Source: Diplonema japonicum (lineage: Eukaryota; Protista; Euglenozoa: Diplonemea). From it: a DNA stretch of 64,000 nt. Positions within the stretch are counted from its first letter, which is position 1, and the number at the start of each line of letters is the position of its first letter. The translations under genes were made by a program, and so were the position numbers. Below the pieces are notes generated by a model, which saw nothing but the letters and a program-made list of their open reading frames with translations, had not been told where the DNA came from and ran no database searches. The stretch is from assembly GCA_964019335.1 (NCBI GenBank), contig OZ025657.1, positions 558,001 through 622,000 on the forward strand, in the 5' to 3' direction. Below are positions 1 through 10,862 of the stretch, in pieces.

Positions 1-2623
1 CAGCTTCTTGTGCAAGTATTTTCCTAACTTCGTCTTCATGCGCCACGCGCTCCGGCGGGACCTCCTCACTCACAGTTACGGACTCGACCTTCCTAGGCGA
101 TATTATCGAAGATGCGTGGTTAGTGTGGGGGAAGGAAACCTGGCTAGAGGCGGCCGGAATGATGGCGAGATCAGGAGCAGGGTTTTGAGGGGGGGTGAGG
201 TGTGGTTCTTCGGGTGCCACTTCATCATTCATAGATATACATTTCTGCACTCTATACATGGACGATATACAAGAAGAGGGCAGGGTGGCAGGGGGATGGG
301 CGACTGCGACTTGTCGCTCGCTAGAGGACGTGGTGTCCTCCGTGCATTGCTGCACTGCGAAGTCATCGGGAGGTGCTGTGCTTTCCACACAGCCATGCGC
401 GGCCCTTCTAGGCGATGAACCAAACGCTGTTGCCAGCGCCATAACTGGAGAGGTCTCATGCTTCACCTGCTTCATGTCTGCGGTTGGCAGTACTGACGGC
501 GAGGGTGGTGTTGCCACAGAGGTTGTCGCTACCACCGCCGGTGACGGTGACGGCGACGACATTGCAGCTGCTATAGCAGCGGTCACAGCAGCTGTCGCAT
601 GTGCGTGCACGATGTAATCCCGGAGCGTGATCGCAGCCCCCGCCTCCATTGAAGTGGGTGCTTCAATAGCGTTACCGACTTCTTGAAGTTTGTTCATCGT
701 TGAGACCCGCTTGTCTTCATCTGCTTGAGCCTTAGCTGGGGTTTGAGCAAGTAGCAAAACACAGGCTACTCCTGCTGTCATTACCACAGGCAGTGCTGCT
801 TCTGATCCATCCCAAGTTAGTTTGAGAACCGGTGCTTGCTCGTCTCGTGCTGTGCTAGGATCACAGTTTAGTGAGTCGTGTGCTGACATTGACACAGCAA
901 CGGCTGCTGCCAGTGCTGCCTGTAATTCGTCAGCAACATTAACCATCCTCTGCGGTGGATCAATCGGCTGTGTATCAAGCTCTTGTTCAACCACAGTCAC
1001 TTCTCTCCCATCCACCACCGGTGTCGGTGTCGGCGATGCCAATTCCGCACCCTTTTCACTGGTCGGTTCGGTGTCTGGCTCAAGCACCCGTTCCTGCGTT
1101 TCTTGATCCCGAGTATGACCCTGCAGTTCAGTTTTTTGTGTTGACACCGACGTGGCAGCTACTTCTGTAACAGGCACTGGATCTGTTTCCTGCAGTGGCT
1201 CAGTTAGCTGTGAATCAAGTTCTTGCGCGGCGTGCGTTGTAATCACTTCTCTCCCTGCCACTACTGGTGTTGGGGCCTCTTCTGATGCTGGAGAGGTTAT
1301 ATCCGCGCTGGTCGGTTCAGAATTCTGCGGCTCGGTATCCTGCGATTTGTCACAGTTCTGGCCCGATGGCTCGCATGCCGCAACAATGGTTGCTACAGTT
1401 GCTGCCAGTGCTGCATGCTGTTCTGCCGTCTCGATAGGAGTTAGGGCGGTCTTTTGTAATTGGTCAGTCGACTGTGTATCAGGTTCTTGTTCTGCATGAC
1501 GTGTTTGTGTCCTGGTAATCACTGCTCTCCCTGCCACCACAGGTGTCGGTGCTTCTTCAGGTGCTGGCACAGGTGGTGCTACTTCTGCACTGCCGACTGG
1601 TGCCAATGATACCGCAGGTCCTTCCATGTTACCGGTTGCGTAATCAAGAATTGAGTCCCCTGTGTTCACAACCGCACGTGAGCTGTCCGTAAAGGGTGTG
1701 ACCACAAACCGTGCACCACCACCATCGTCGTCGTGGCTCTCAGGGCCAGGCGTGCCAGTGCTGTCCGATGCTTGCGTGCTTGAAATTGTGACAAGCTTCA
1801 CTCTTTTTTTAAGCACGTTCCTCTTGCGATACTTATGCCTCCGTTTGGTTGCAGATGGGGGCGCAGACACATTCAGTTCTTCTTGAGCGGCATCCGAACC
1901 AAGCATGCAAAGGGTCCAAGCCAAGAGCTTGGAGCCGACTATCGTACTAGGAACATAGGCGGATAGGAATTGCTGGGCGGCAGTGCAGTCCTCCCGGGGC
2001 GGCAAGCAGACCGTGAAGGAGTTGTTGATGAGCTTGGTGAACAACTCCAGGTTGGTGCTGTGGGAGGTGAAGCGTTTGAGGGCAGCATATCCTTTGCCTT
2101 GGTAGTCCTCGACAAGGAGGATCCCGCACAGCATGGCTACGACATCATGGAGAGGTGTGTCGTTCGGGTCGAGGGACGTCACCCAGGCCACAGCGACGGC
2201 AGCAGGAGGTGGGGTGGGTGGGTTATGGGTTTTGTTGTGCTTTGCTTGTGCTCTTTCGATGCGTTGAAGGAACGGGCAGCACTCGTCACCATCAATACCT
2301 TGGTCTTCCATTCTCGCGCACAGCGCTCCTACAGGCTGCGACAGCTCCCAAGCCATCGCCAGCACGTCCCCTCTGAAGGCTTCTATGTCGTCATGCTCGT
2401 ACAGGAACACCATCGTCGCCTTGAGCAGCCCGCCCCGCACAGTGTCCCCCTCGCACATCTCGCGGATCACATTGCCAGCTACCTTGCGGCGTGCTGTCGT
2501 TTCTTTCTTCCTTATCACAAGCACCACATCGCTTATACAATACTCGTTCTGCTCCACATCAGGAAAGATCCGCAGGAACTCCGCACTGCGCTCTCTTATG
2601 GCATCGTCGGTAAGCACACCCAT
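1..2623 (-). CDS. Hypothetical protein (>870 aa, 3' end outside window) with a low-complexity A/P/T/E-rich region and three degenerate internal repeats
   Basis: Absent from the ORF track because its stop lies outside the window. Manual translation from ATG at 2623 (MGVLTDDAIRERSAEFLRIFP...) appears open to position 2 (...VAHEDEVRKILAQEA). Repeats of PTPVV(A/D)GR(E/A)V...QE(L/P)D(T/S)Q lie at ~970-1560. The + strand ORFs here are in the expected shadow frames. Confidence 0.75.
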   Translation of the reverse strand, partial: MGVLTDDAIRERSAEFLRIFPDVEQNEYCISDVVLVIRKKETTARRKVAGNVIREMCEGDTVRGGLLKATMVFLYEHDDIEAFRGDVLAMAWELSQPVGALCARMEDQGIDGDECCPFLQRIERAQAKHNKTHNPPTPPPAAVAVAWVTSLDPNDTPLHDVVAMLCGILLVEDYQGKGYAALKRFTSHSTNLELFTKLINNSFTVCLPPREDCTAAQQFLSAYVPSTIVGSKLLAWTLCMLGSDAAQEELNVSAPPSATKRRHKYRKRNVLKKRVKLVTISSTQASDSTGTPGPESHDDDGGGARFVVTPFTDSSRAVVNTGDSILDYATGNMEGPAVSLAPVGSAEVAPPVPAPEEAPTPVVAGRAVITRTQTRHAEQEPDTQSTDQLQKTALTPIETAEQHAALAATVATIVAACEPSGQNCDKSQDTEPQNSEPTSADITSPASEEAPTPVVAGREVITTHAAQELDSQLTEPLQETDPVPVTEVAATSVSTQKTELQGHTRDQETQERVLEPDTEPTSEKGAELASPTPTPVVDGREVTVVEQELDTQPIDPPQRMVNVADELQAALAAAVAVSMSAHDSLNCDPSTARDEQAPVLKLTWDGSEAALPVVMTAGVACVLLLAQTPAKAQADEDKRVSTMNKLQEVGNAIEAPTSMEAGAAITLRDYIVHAHATAAVTAAIAAAMSSPSPSPAVVATTSVATPPSPSVLPTADMKQVKHETSPVMALATAFGSSPRRAAHGCVESTAPPDDFAVQQCTEDTTSSSERQVAVAHPPATLPSSCISSMYRVQKCISMNDEVAPEEPHLTPPQNPAPDLAIIPAASSQVSFPHTNHASSIISPRKVESVTVSEEVPPERVAHEDEVRKILAQEA

Positions 2624-2997
2624 GCGGTCTCATGGGATGTAAATAGACTGCTGTGCTGTGCGGTGCCGTAACTATCGAGCATCGCTTCGCAAGGTGAATA
2701 CTAATGGGTGCGAGGCGGAAGCCCCCACTGGCACTGGATAACTACCACTGAGGTCACACCCATTCAATGATCCGATGGGGTCAGACCGTGAGAAAAAAAT
2801 GGTACAAAAATGGTTCGCTACTCGTTTCCTGGTTCACTTTCTTTTCCTGTGAGCACCCTGCACATCGAAATTTATCAATTTTTTCCTTCTTTTTCTTGAT
2901 CCCGTATGTTTTCCTCGTTTTTTTCTTTTCATTCTATTTTTTTTTTCTTTTTCTTTTTCTTTTTCTATAAATTCTGTTCTATGTTCAATTCTCTTCC

Positions 2998-3348
2998 CTA
3001 CATGCTGTACTGCAGCTTGACAGTTCCGAACCCGAAAAACAGAGCTAAGCAGGACATCGGCAGCACGAACGACCACACATCCTCTTGCCCTACTATGGTG
3101 TCTGATGTGGAGTAGACCAGCCCGATGGCTAGAGCGGTTGGAAATGTGGCTACAGCTGTCCATAATGAACCCACGATGGTGAATGCCACAGGCAGCAGCA
3201 GCCATCGTGCTTGCAGCCCTTCTGACGTAAGCAGTAAATTCTTGACAGACCAGAGCCCGAAACAAATATACACGCATCCACACAGCAGCAGGCAGTACCC
3301 TGTCAGCGTGAATGAAACATCTGTAATCGGGTGCTGGCTCCCCGACAT
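2998..3348 (-). CDS. Small 3-TM membrane protein, TMEM170-like
   Basis: 116 aa with three hydrophobic segments. ALAIGLVYS resembles TMEM170 AAIAGVYR, and size/topology match. TTACAG acceptor-like site just upstream of the ATG. Confidence 0.55.
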   Translation of the reverse strand: MSGSQHPITDVSFTLTGYCLLLCGCVYICFGLWSVKNLLLTSEGLQARWLLLPVAFTIVGSLWTAVATFPTALAIGLVYSTSDTIVGQEDVWSFVLPMSCLALFFGFGTVKLQYSM

Positions 3349-3413
3349 TGTGCCCTGTAATGATGCGTAAACAAAGGAAATGAAGCGAGTGAAGGAAAAA
3401 CATTCGTTCGTTT

Positions 3414-3415
<2 letters not shown>

Positions 3416-3444
<29 letters not shown>
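3416..3444. repeat. (TA)n microsatellite
   Basis: Direct reading. Confidence 0.95.
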
Positions 3445-3447
<3 letters not shown>

Positions 3448-3506
3448 AAATGGGATAAGAGATACATCTAACTTTTTTTTCCTTCTTCTTTTCTTTGTTC
3501 AAACAT

Positions 3507-4781
3507 CTAATAAGAACACTTCAAAATGAGAACAGTGGTGTTGGGAAGTAGGCCTCTGTTGCCGCTTGTTGACGCCACGTACAGGGTCCAGCCTTCGGGG
3601 ATATCTTTGGGAGCGAAAGAAGTTCTTTGCCCGAGATTCAGCTTCTCGCGGACTTCGTCTTTACCTGAGATGAACTCCCCTGTGTCCTCGTTGCACGCGC
3701 ACAAAGCTTTGCCGATACTGACGTTCTCCTTCCTCGACAGCTCGTAGTACCCGTTGCCGTGCATCAGGCTGACGCCCTTAATGTTGCAGAGTTCTGTGAA
3801 GGTCAGCTTGTCTTTACCTACAGAAAGGATTTTGTAGTCGTCCTCGGGCTTCACTTCTTCCTTTTCATCTTCTTCTGAGCTTGTCTCTCGCTTCGTCGTC
3901 GACTTTTTCTTCGCAGGCCTCACCCTCTCCTCTTCCCTCTTCCTCTTCCTTTCCCTTTCGCCTTCGCTCTGCAGAATCAGCACAGTCGACCCTTTCGGTA
4001 GCTTCCTGTTAAAACTCGTGCTCTGAATGTAAAGCGTCCAAACTCCGGGGAGTGTGTCGGGGCCTACCTTGATAGCCCCCGTCCCGAGTTTGAACTTCTC
4101 CCTCACCACCCCTTCGCCGGAAAGGAACTCCCCTGTCTCCTCGTTGCATGCCACCATCGATTTCTTTGCACTGACATCTTCCTTCTTCATGACCTCATAG
4201 TAACCACTGCCTGGGGCGAAGCTGACCTTCTTCGCTGTGCACAACGCTGAGAAGGTCATGGCTTCCTTCACAGCTAGGATCTGGTAGCTGTCCGAAGCAT
4301 CGGTGGGCTCCTTCCTGCTCTCTTCATCGTCATCATCATCATCATCATCATCGTCGTTCTCATCTTCGGTGCTCTCGTCTTCATCAGTGGTTTCTTTTTT
4401 TCTTGCGGCCCCCTTCTTTCTCTCAGGCTCCTTCGTTTCCTCGTCACGTAGGATCAGCACAGTCGACTCCTTCGGTAGCTTCCTGCTGGAACTCGTGCTC
4501 TGAATGTAAAGCGTCCAACCTTCGGGGAGTGTGTCGGGTTTCACTTTGATGGCCCCCATCCCGAGTCTGAACTTCTCCCTCACCACCCCTTCGCCGGAAA
4601 GGAACTCCCCTGTCTCCTCGTTGCATGCCACCATCGATTTCTTTGCACTGACATCTTCCTTCTTCATGACCTCATAGTAACCACTGCCTGGGGCGAAGCT
4701 GACCTTCTTCGCTGTGCACAACGCTGAGAAGGTCATGGCTTCCTTCACAGCTAGGATCTGGTAGCTGTCTTCGGAGGGCAT
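3507..4781 (-). CDS. Protein of three tandem copies of an uncharacterised ~105-aa domain (G.GYYE..KKE.VS...W.LY(I/V).STS..R.L) with charged linkers
   Basis: ATG at 4781 (MPSEDSYQ), 424 aa. Repeats 1 (~4450-4770) and 2 (~3975-4290) are near-identical in DNA; repeat 3 is diverged. The motif recalls the C-terminal domain of bacterial/animal vWA proteins (from memory, not searched). Confidence 0.8.
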   Translation of the reverse strand: MPSEDSYQILAVKEAMTFSALCTAKKVSFAPGSGYYEVMKKEDVSAKKSMVACNEETGEFLSGEGVVREKFRLGMGAIKVKPDTLPEGWTLYIQSTSSSRKLPKESTVLILRDEETKEPERKKGAARKKETTDEDESTEDENDDDDDDDDDDEESRKEPTDASDSYQILAVKEAMTFSALCTAKKVSFAPGSGYYEVMKKEDVSAKKSMVACNEETGEFLSGEGVVREKFKLGTGAIKVGPDTLPGVWTLYIQSTSFNRKLPKGSTVLILQSEGERERKRKREEERVRPAKKKSTTKRETSSEEDEKEEVKPEDDYKILSVGKDKLTFTELCNIKGVSLMHGNGYYELSRKENVSIGKALCACNEDTGEFISGKDEVREKLNLGQRTSFAPKDIPEGWTLYVASTSGNRGLLPNTTVLILKCSY

Positions 4782-4883
4782 TTTTCTTACTTTTTTTTTA
4801 CTAACCTGTTGCCTCCATGAGGTAGGAAATGAAAACCGAAGAACAAAAAAAAAAAAAAAAAAAAAAAACATCGAACATGTTCA

Positions 4884-5744
4884 TCACAACTCATCGTTTG
4901 ACCTCCCCATGACGGTGGGCTCTGCTGTGAGATCGACGTAGCTGAGGTAGTTACGTTTGGCAATGAAGGTGGAAAGGGCGACATCGGTGGCGATGAGCCT
5001 CCCGTTGCAGAGGGTGTTGACGGCGCCTGCCTGCTGGATGGTGTGCCCGACGACGATGCGGGTGATCTGTGAGTCGGGGGACTTGCTGTTGAGGGTCTTG
5101 AGTGCAGCGTCAACAAGCGAGCAATCACCTGTCATGGCGTTCGTGACCTGAGCACGCGTCCACAGGGGACTGGAGGGACCTATGAAGCGTGACCTCCAGG
5201 CTTTGTTGGAGATGGCGGTGCTCACTCCCGAGTTGATTTTGTCGACCCCGTGTGAAGCGTACTCCGAGAGAAGCCCTGCGTGCACAAAAAGGTTCCCTCG
5301 CGAGACATGAACAGCAGGGTACGTCATGAGGATGGACCCGTACTTCCCTTCTGTGGAGTAGTCGGTGATGCGGGCTTCGCGTGATCCGTGCTTTGCTATC
5401 TCATCGGGGTGCACGTAGGAGAGGGTTCCTTGGAGGTTCATCAGCTCGTGGTTGCCCAGAAGGGTCACCACTTTGCCACCGGCTGCCGCTGCTTCCTTTT
5501 TCAGCCTTTCGAACAACATGATGATTTCGCCGCTGCAGTCCCCCCTGTCTGTGATGTCTCCTACTTGCACCACTTCGTCTTCGCCGCCCACCCATTGTAG
5601 ACTGTTCCCTATCACACCCATTTCCTGAAGAACCTCTACTGCTTTGTCGTAGTCACCATGAAGGTCACCCATAGCTAGCAGCCGCCCGGCAGATGTCGTG
5701 CTTGCAATGCAGCACAGTAACAGACACAATAAAACTGTGTGCAT
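4884..5744 (-). CDS. Shewanella-like (Shelph/SLP) calcineurin-like metallophosphoesterase with signal peptide
   Basis: Motifs GDLHG, VGDITDRG, GNHE, HAG, GHT and a (I/T)DVxxS-type motif; hydrophobic N-terminus. Confidence 0.85.
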   Translation of the reverse strand: MHTVLLCLLLCCIASTTSAGRLLAMGDLHGDYDKAVEVLQEMGVIGNSLQWVGGEDEVVQVGDITDRGDCSGEIIMLFERLKKEAAAAGGKVVTLLGNHELMNLQGTLSYVHPDEIAKHGSREARITDYSTEGKYGSILMTYPAVHVSRGNLFVHAGLLSEYASHGVDKINSGVSTAISNKAWRSRFIGPSSPLWTRAQVTNAMTGDCSLVDAALKTLNSKSPDSQITRIVVGHTIQQAGAVNTLCNGRLIATDVALSTFIAKRNYLSYVDLTAEPTVMGRSNDEL

Positions 5745-6250
5745 TTTTTCCCCTTCCTATTTTGAGGTCTGTGAATTTTTTTTTTCTTATAGAAGAGCTG
5801 AGGAAAAGGGAGGGGGAAATAAAAGGGGGGAGGTGTGAATAAATGTTCTTCAGCTGGAAAAAGGAAGAAAACAGTTGACTGTTGGAAACATCTTTTTTCC
5901 TCCCCCCCTTTCCTTCTTTTATTTTTTTTCGCCCCATTACTTTTTTTTTGTTTTACTTTTAAACATACAAAGCAGGGGCAATATTGAAGATTGAAGTTGC
6001 ACGAAAAAAAATTCTAAAAAAAAGAGAAGGGTTTTCACGTTCCCAACCGATTCGCACAAGCAACATTTTTTTAAAACATATATTTTTTTTTAAATATTTT
6101 TGTATATTTCTTAGGCATGTGTGTGATATTTTTTTTTTTTCTGGGTTTTCTTTTCTTTTTTTTTTTTTTTGCTACTTCGGACTACACACCGCAACACCAA
6201 AATACCGCAAACTTATTCGACTTGAAAAAAAAAAAAAAAAAAAAAAAAAA

Positions 6251-6289
6251 TCACTATGATAGGAAACGAAGTGGTTAGCAACAGCCCAC
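6251..6289 (-). repeat. Dispersed conserved intergenic element, copy 1 (GTGGGCTGTTGCTAACCACTTCGTTTCCTATCATAGTGA)
   Basis: Near-identical core at 46561-46609 and 52447-52469, all in the same orientation. Confidence 0.8.
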
Positions 6290-6943
6290 AAAAAAAGAAG
6301 AAAAAAAACAGCTAGGGTGTTAGTAAAGACACCGGGTGTCTCTGCCAATTAACTCTTCGTTTTTTGTTTTCTTGCAATAAAAAAAAAAAAAAAAAAAAAA
6401 AAAAGAAAGAAAAGGAAAAAAAGCCCATTCGTTCCCTGCAGTCTTCCCCATTAAGGGAGTACTAAACTACTTTATTTCTAAATGTTTGGGCCTTAAAAGG
6501 CCCACTTTTTAACTTTGCTTGAGATAATTAAATTGAGATAATTAAACCAATACCATCCTGTCTCTAAAGGGCTTCTGCACCAAAAGAGCATGAGTGCAGA
6601 GAGATTACCAAAGCTATGAAAGAGAAAAAGGAGAAAGAGAAGGGATTTTCTTTCATTTTTTCCACTGTTCGTTCTCCTCCCTTTTTTTTTTTCTTCTCGT
6701 CTCCACAAGCAAACACTTCACCCCCAAATAGACAGGATTCAACAATCTTTTTTATTTTTTATCCCCCCCCCACCCCAATTTTGTTTTTTTTCATTTATCT
6801 TTATTTCCCCCCCTCCCATTCCCCCATTTTGTTTTTCGTTTAAGGCCTTATAAATGGCCAGCACCACAAATACAAAAAAAAATGAAACAAGAAGGGCAAA
6901 AAAAAAAAAAAAAAATACTATTGCTAATGCTATTTACTGCCAA

Positions 6944-6992
6944 CAAGTAATGACTTTACCGTTACCTCGAGAGGTCGGTAAAGCATTACTTG
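6944..6992. repeat. Inverted repeat / long hairpin (17-bp stem with one bulge)
   Basis: caagtaatg(a)ctttaccg pairs with cggtaaagcattacttg; the loop itself contains acct-cgag-aggt. Confidence 0.85.
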
Positions 6993-7019
6993 GCGGTGGT
7001 AAGTGGTTTTATTTTACGA

Positions 7020-7585
7020 CACTCTGAAATTACTTCACCATGAGGGGCACAACAGGGTGACAAGGGGTACAACAAGAGAGGGGTTACAAAGGTTACAATA
7101 CAAGTTGTTTTTCCTCCTTTTGTTGACTAAGAGCTGCCGCTGTCGCTGGCATTGCCACTGTCACCATCTCTAATCAGGCATTCCCATACCTGGCTGGCCG
7201 CTGGCTCCTTTTTTTCTGCTGCTTCGGTATTTTGAAATCTTTTGGGGAGCTTGGGCAAGCTGACTAAGTTACCCTTGCCCACAGAAGAGTTTCCCCCAGA
7301 AACTGGGAACAAGGCCTAGCCAAAAGTGGGCAAATTGGGAGGAAAAAGTAGTCCAACTTGGAACTGAGCCGAGGCAAAAGTTGGCCAATTGAGCGGAACC
7401 TGGGGGGGGAAATGGCAAACTGAGAGGAAAAAGTAGCCCCACTGGGAACCGAACCGAGGCAAAAATTGGCCTACCGAGGCATATTATTTACAGAAACCCC
7501 CTATTACTTCACGGAAAACAGGCCATTATTTCACCGTGAAGTAATGAGATTTAGCGTGAAGCAATGAAGTAATTTCTGAAGAGTG
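7020..7585. mobile_element. Putative degenerate MITE / non-autonomous DNA transposon remnant
   Basis: Imperfect terminal inverted repeats cactctgaaattacttca (7020-7037) and tgaagtaatttctgaagagtg (7565-7585). Internal 58-bp direct repeat (7329-7386, 7414-7471) and 12-bp inverted repeat (7503-7514/7534-7545). No coding capacity and no clear TSD. Confidence 0.35.
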
Positions 7586-7636
<51 letters not shown>

Positions 7637-7724
7637 AACAGAAGAAGAAAAGGGCAAATAAGAAGTGAAAACGGAAAAATTCTTTTGTTTGTTTTTTTTT
7701 TTTTTTTTTTTTTTTTTGTTTCTT

Positions 7725-10700
7725 TTACAAGCATTTGTCATTTCGCAGTTGTTGTGTGTCCACGATTCCCTGCCATTGGTTTCTGTTTTGCTTCAGCTGG
7801 TCGAGAACGGGGGACATTGAGGGGAGGAATTTCGTGAGTGTGGAAAACAAAGGCAAGCCAACATTTTGAATAAACAACAACTGCCCCGCCGCAAGCTGTG
7901 ATTTGTTCTGTCTATCGAACATAGGCTTCACGTCAAGCATCGCCTCCTGCTCTTGGGCACCCTGTTTTTTTTCTCTTTTTTCAAAGCCCCAATTCTACAA
8001 ACCTGCCAATCAAACTCCGCAGTAACGTACTGCCCCCAAGCACGGGATATTTCAAACGGTTTGGTGATGTTTGACACATCAGCAGCCTTCAACAGCATTC
8101 CTAGTAGAAGTCGTTTGTGATCTGTGTCCTTTTCATTGTAATGTGCTGATTGTTGAGCAAACGCAGAACTTAGTTCCGCGTGCTTTGCCATGTCGGTACT
8201 AAGGATGGATTCTATAAGCGATTTCCACACTTCCTTTAGTTCCGCCTCTGTACAATTCTGCAATATGTCGCAAGTCTCATCCTGTAAGATGTCAATTGCT
8301 ATGTTGCAATGATGGACTTCAAGCACTGATTTTGAACCCGACGACGCAGACAGCACACCTAATGGCGTTTCAACAGTTAATAAGAACGAATTGTTGAGCC
8401 CCATGTGGTCGAGGTCATGGCACAACCCACTGATAAGAAGTGTCAATATGTCCAATGAAGTGAGGTATCTTTTGACATCATACACTGCAATCCACGTCGC
8501 AAGCGTCTGCATGACATCAAAAGCATGTGTGAAGTTATGGTACGGAACAGACCGGTACTTCGACTGCACGGCACACAGGAACGAGTACAAGGTATCCTCC
8601 TCAATAGAGAAGGTCGACATGACACCCATCGTCTCGAATATTTCACCTGCGAGGCGTACCAGCCTTCTGTGCATCACGTTGTCGTTTATGTTGTACTTGT
8701 GAATGTTGAAGCCCACGCCGAGTAGTGTGTTTGTTTCCTCTGGGGTCAGGTCCATCGCCTTCAACTCTGAGATTCTATTTGCTGGTTTTAGCGTCTTTGT
8801 CATCACCTTTCCTTTCATGTTCGGTTTGCTGGACATTTCAAGCAATGTCTTGGTTTCCAACTCTGCAGCCTTCATGAACTCGAATAGTTGTGCGTTTCGC
8901 AGCGACATTGCAGCGAACTCGGAGAAAACCTGGGTGGAGTGAGATTTTTTTAAAAAAATTCTCTTTTTGAAATACCTGGAGTGTCTTTTCGTCATCGGTG
9001 TTGAAGGCGTCGCTTCCCATCTTGTTCACAAGCTGGGTCACTGCGATGACCTCCTTGCCGAACACCACGGGCATGCAGAGGATGTTGCGTGTTACAAACC
9101 CTGTCTTCTTGTCCACCTCGATGTTGAAGCGCTCGTCTGCATAGGCATCTGGGATGTTTTGAATTTCCCCTGTGCGTGCTACATGCCCTGCTATCCCCTG
9201 CGACATGGTGAATCTGATCTCCCCACCTGTCTGGTTCGCAACTGTGCTGTACAGCTGGTTGTGCTCTTTGTCAACCATGAACAGCGCACAGCGCTCACAC
9301 TTCACAAGGTCCTTCGCCTGTTCCATGATTTGCTTGCAGATCACATCAGTTTGCATGATGTCTAGCTTGTTGAGGTGTGTCACGGTGGCGAGCACTGCTG
9401 TGATCGTGCGCTTCTCCCGCACCATCTGGCTGTGTAGCATGGTGTTCTGGATGCTGATGCCGGCAAAAGTTGAGAACCCTGCAAACGTCTCTTCGTCTTC
9501 TTTCGTGAAGGGCCCCGTGTCCTTGTTCACAAGCTGCGCCACTGCGAGTACGTTGTTGTCGTAGGTGATGGGGGCGCATAGGATGGTGTTTGTTTTGTAC
9601 CCCGTCTGCTTGTCCATCTGCCTGTTGAATCTCTTATCGGCGTAAGCATCGTCGATGTTGCACACGGTGCCTGTTGACGCAACGTGGCCAGCGATGCCAG
9701 ATGTGAAGGGGATGCGCACCTCTTTGCTGTGACCGTCCATGTTCGCAACAAGCTGTGCAGCAGGTTTGTCAACAACGAACAAGGAACACCTGTCCGCGCA
9801 GAGCAGCCTCTTGGCACTGTACATGATGTGGTTACACAACCGCTCCAAGTCCAGTTCCGTTGTGGACAGCGTCCTCACAAGGTCCAGCAGCTCCGCCGAG
9901 TGTGTGTACGACGTGTTGAGGTCCTGGTACAGTAGGGAGTTCTTGATGATGGTGACGACAAACAAGTTCAGCGACCCCAGCAACGATTCATCCTCCACTG
10001 TGAAGTCGATCAGTCCCACGTTCTTCGTGCCGCGCTTGTTGCTGACCTTGATGCAAGCGAAGACCTCCCCCTCGTGTATGATCGGCATCCACATGGAGGT
10101 TCTGATATCATCTTCGACTGCAGGGGACGCTGCGACGACGTCCTTTGGTGTGTACTCGCCCTTTAGGTTGCAATAAATGGCGGTCATGTTCCCGATGCAA
10201 GCGCCTTCTGGGTCACGAGAACAGAGGTCTTTGGTGATAATGGTTTTTTCTTTTTCGACGAGTGGGTTGAGGCTGTTGGTGCAAAGGGAATGCCGATCGA
10301 CGTAGGCAGTCAGCTTGCTGCCGTTGCGGATCCAAAGCACTGTTTTGTCGCAGTTCATCAGCCAGGAGGTTTTCTTGGCGATTGTAACAGCGACCTGCAC
10401 GAGAGAGGTCACAGGAGCGGTTGCGAGCTCAGAGGAGATCCTAAGCAAGTCCTCGATGTTTCCGTCAGACCGCCCGATGGCAGGTGTGGGTGGCGACATA
10501 GAGATAGAGTTTGCCCTCCCAGACCGGTAGAGCTGCCCGAGTGTCGCATCGTCTTCTGATTTGTTGGATTTCAGTGACCGTCTGCGTGGTGACATTTGGG
10601 GTTCCACTAACTGTTCTGAAGGGCTTACCACTGTTATCTTCGAGTAGCTCGCCTTCCGCTCCGGTTGGCACAACGCCATCAGTTTTTTCATTGATTTGTT

Positions 10701-10862
10701 GTACTTTCGTGTGAACGAATTGTCCTTGTGCAGCTCCTTCCCACTCCCCTCCATCATCTTCGCTACGATATCCAAGTAGCTCAGCACATCTTGTTTTATT
10801 TGAGTCGTGAAGTCCGCCCTCCCAGTTACCACGTTGCCTTCTTGCGAGGCGCCGCAACCCAT
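7725..10862 (-). CDS. Class I cyclic nucleotide phosphodiesterase with tandem GAF domains (~1016 aa)
   Basis: Introns 8930-8975 and 7962-8002 (GT-AG) join three ORFs in frame. GAF motifs (SGIAGHVA, DAYADxRFN, NK..F...DE); catalytic YHNFTHA, HDLDH, LEVHH, TDM, ADVSN, EF..QG; N-terminal MGCGAS acylation motif. Confidence 0.93.
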
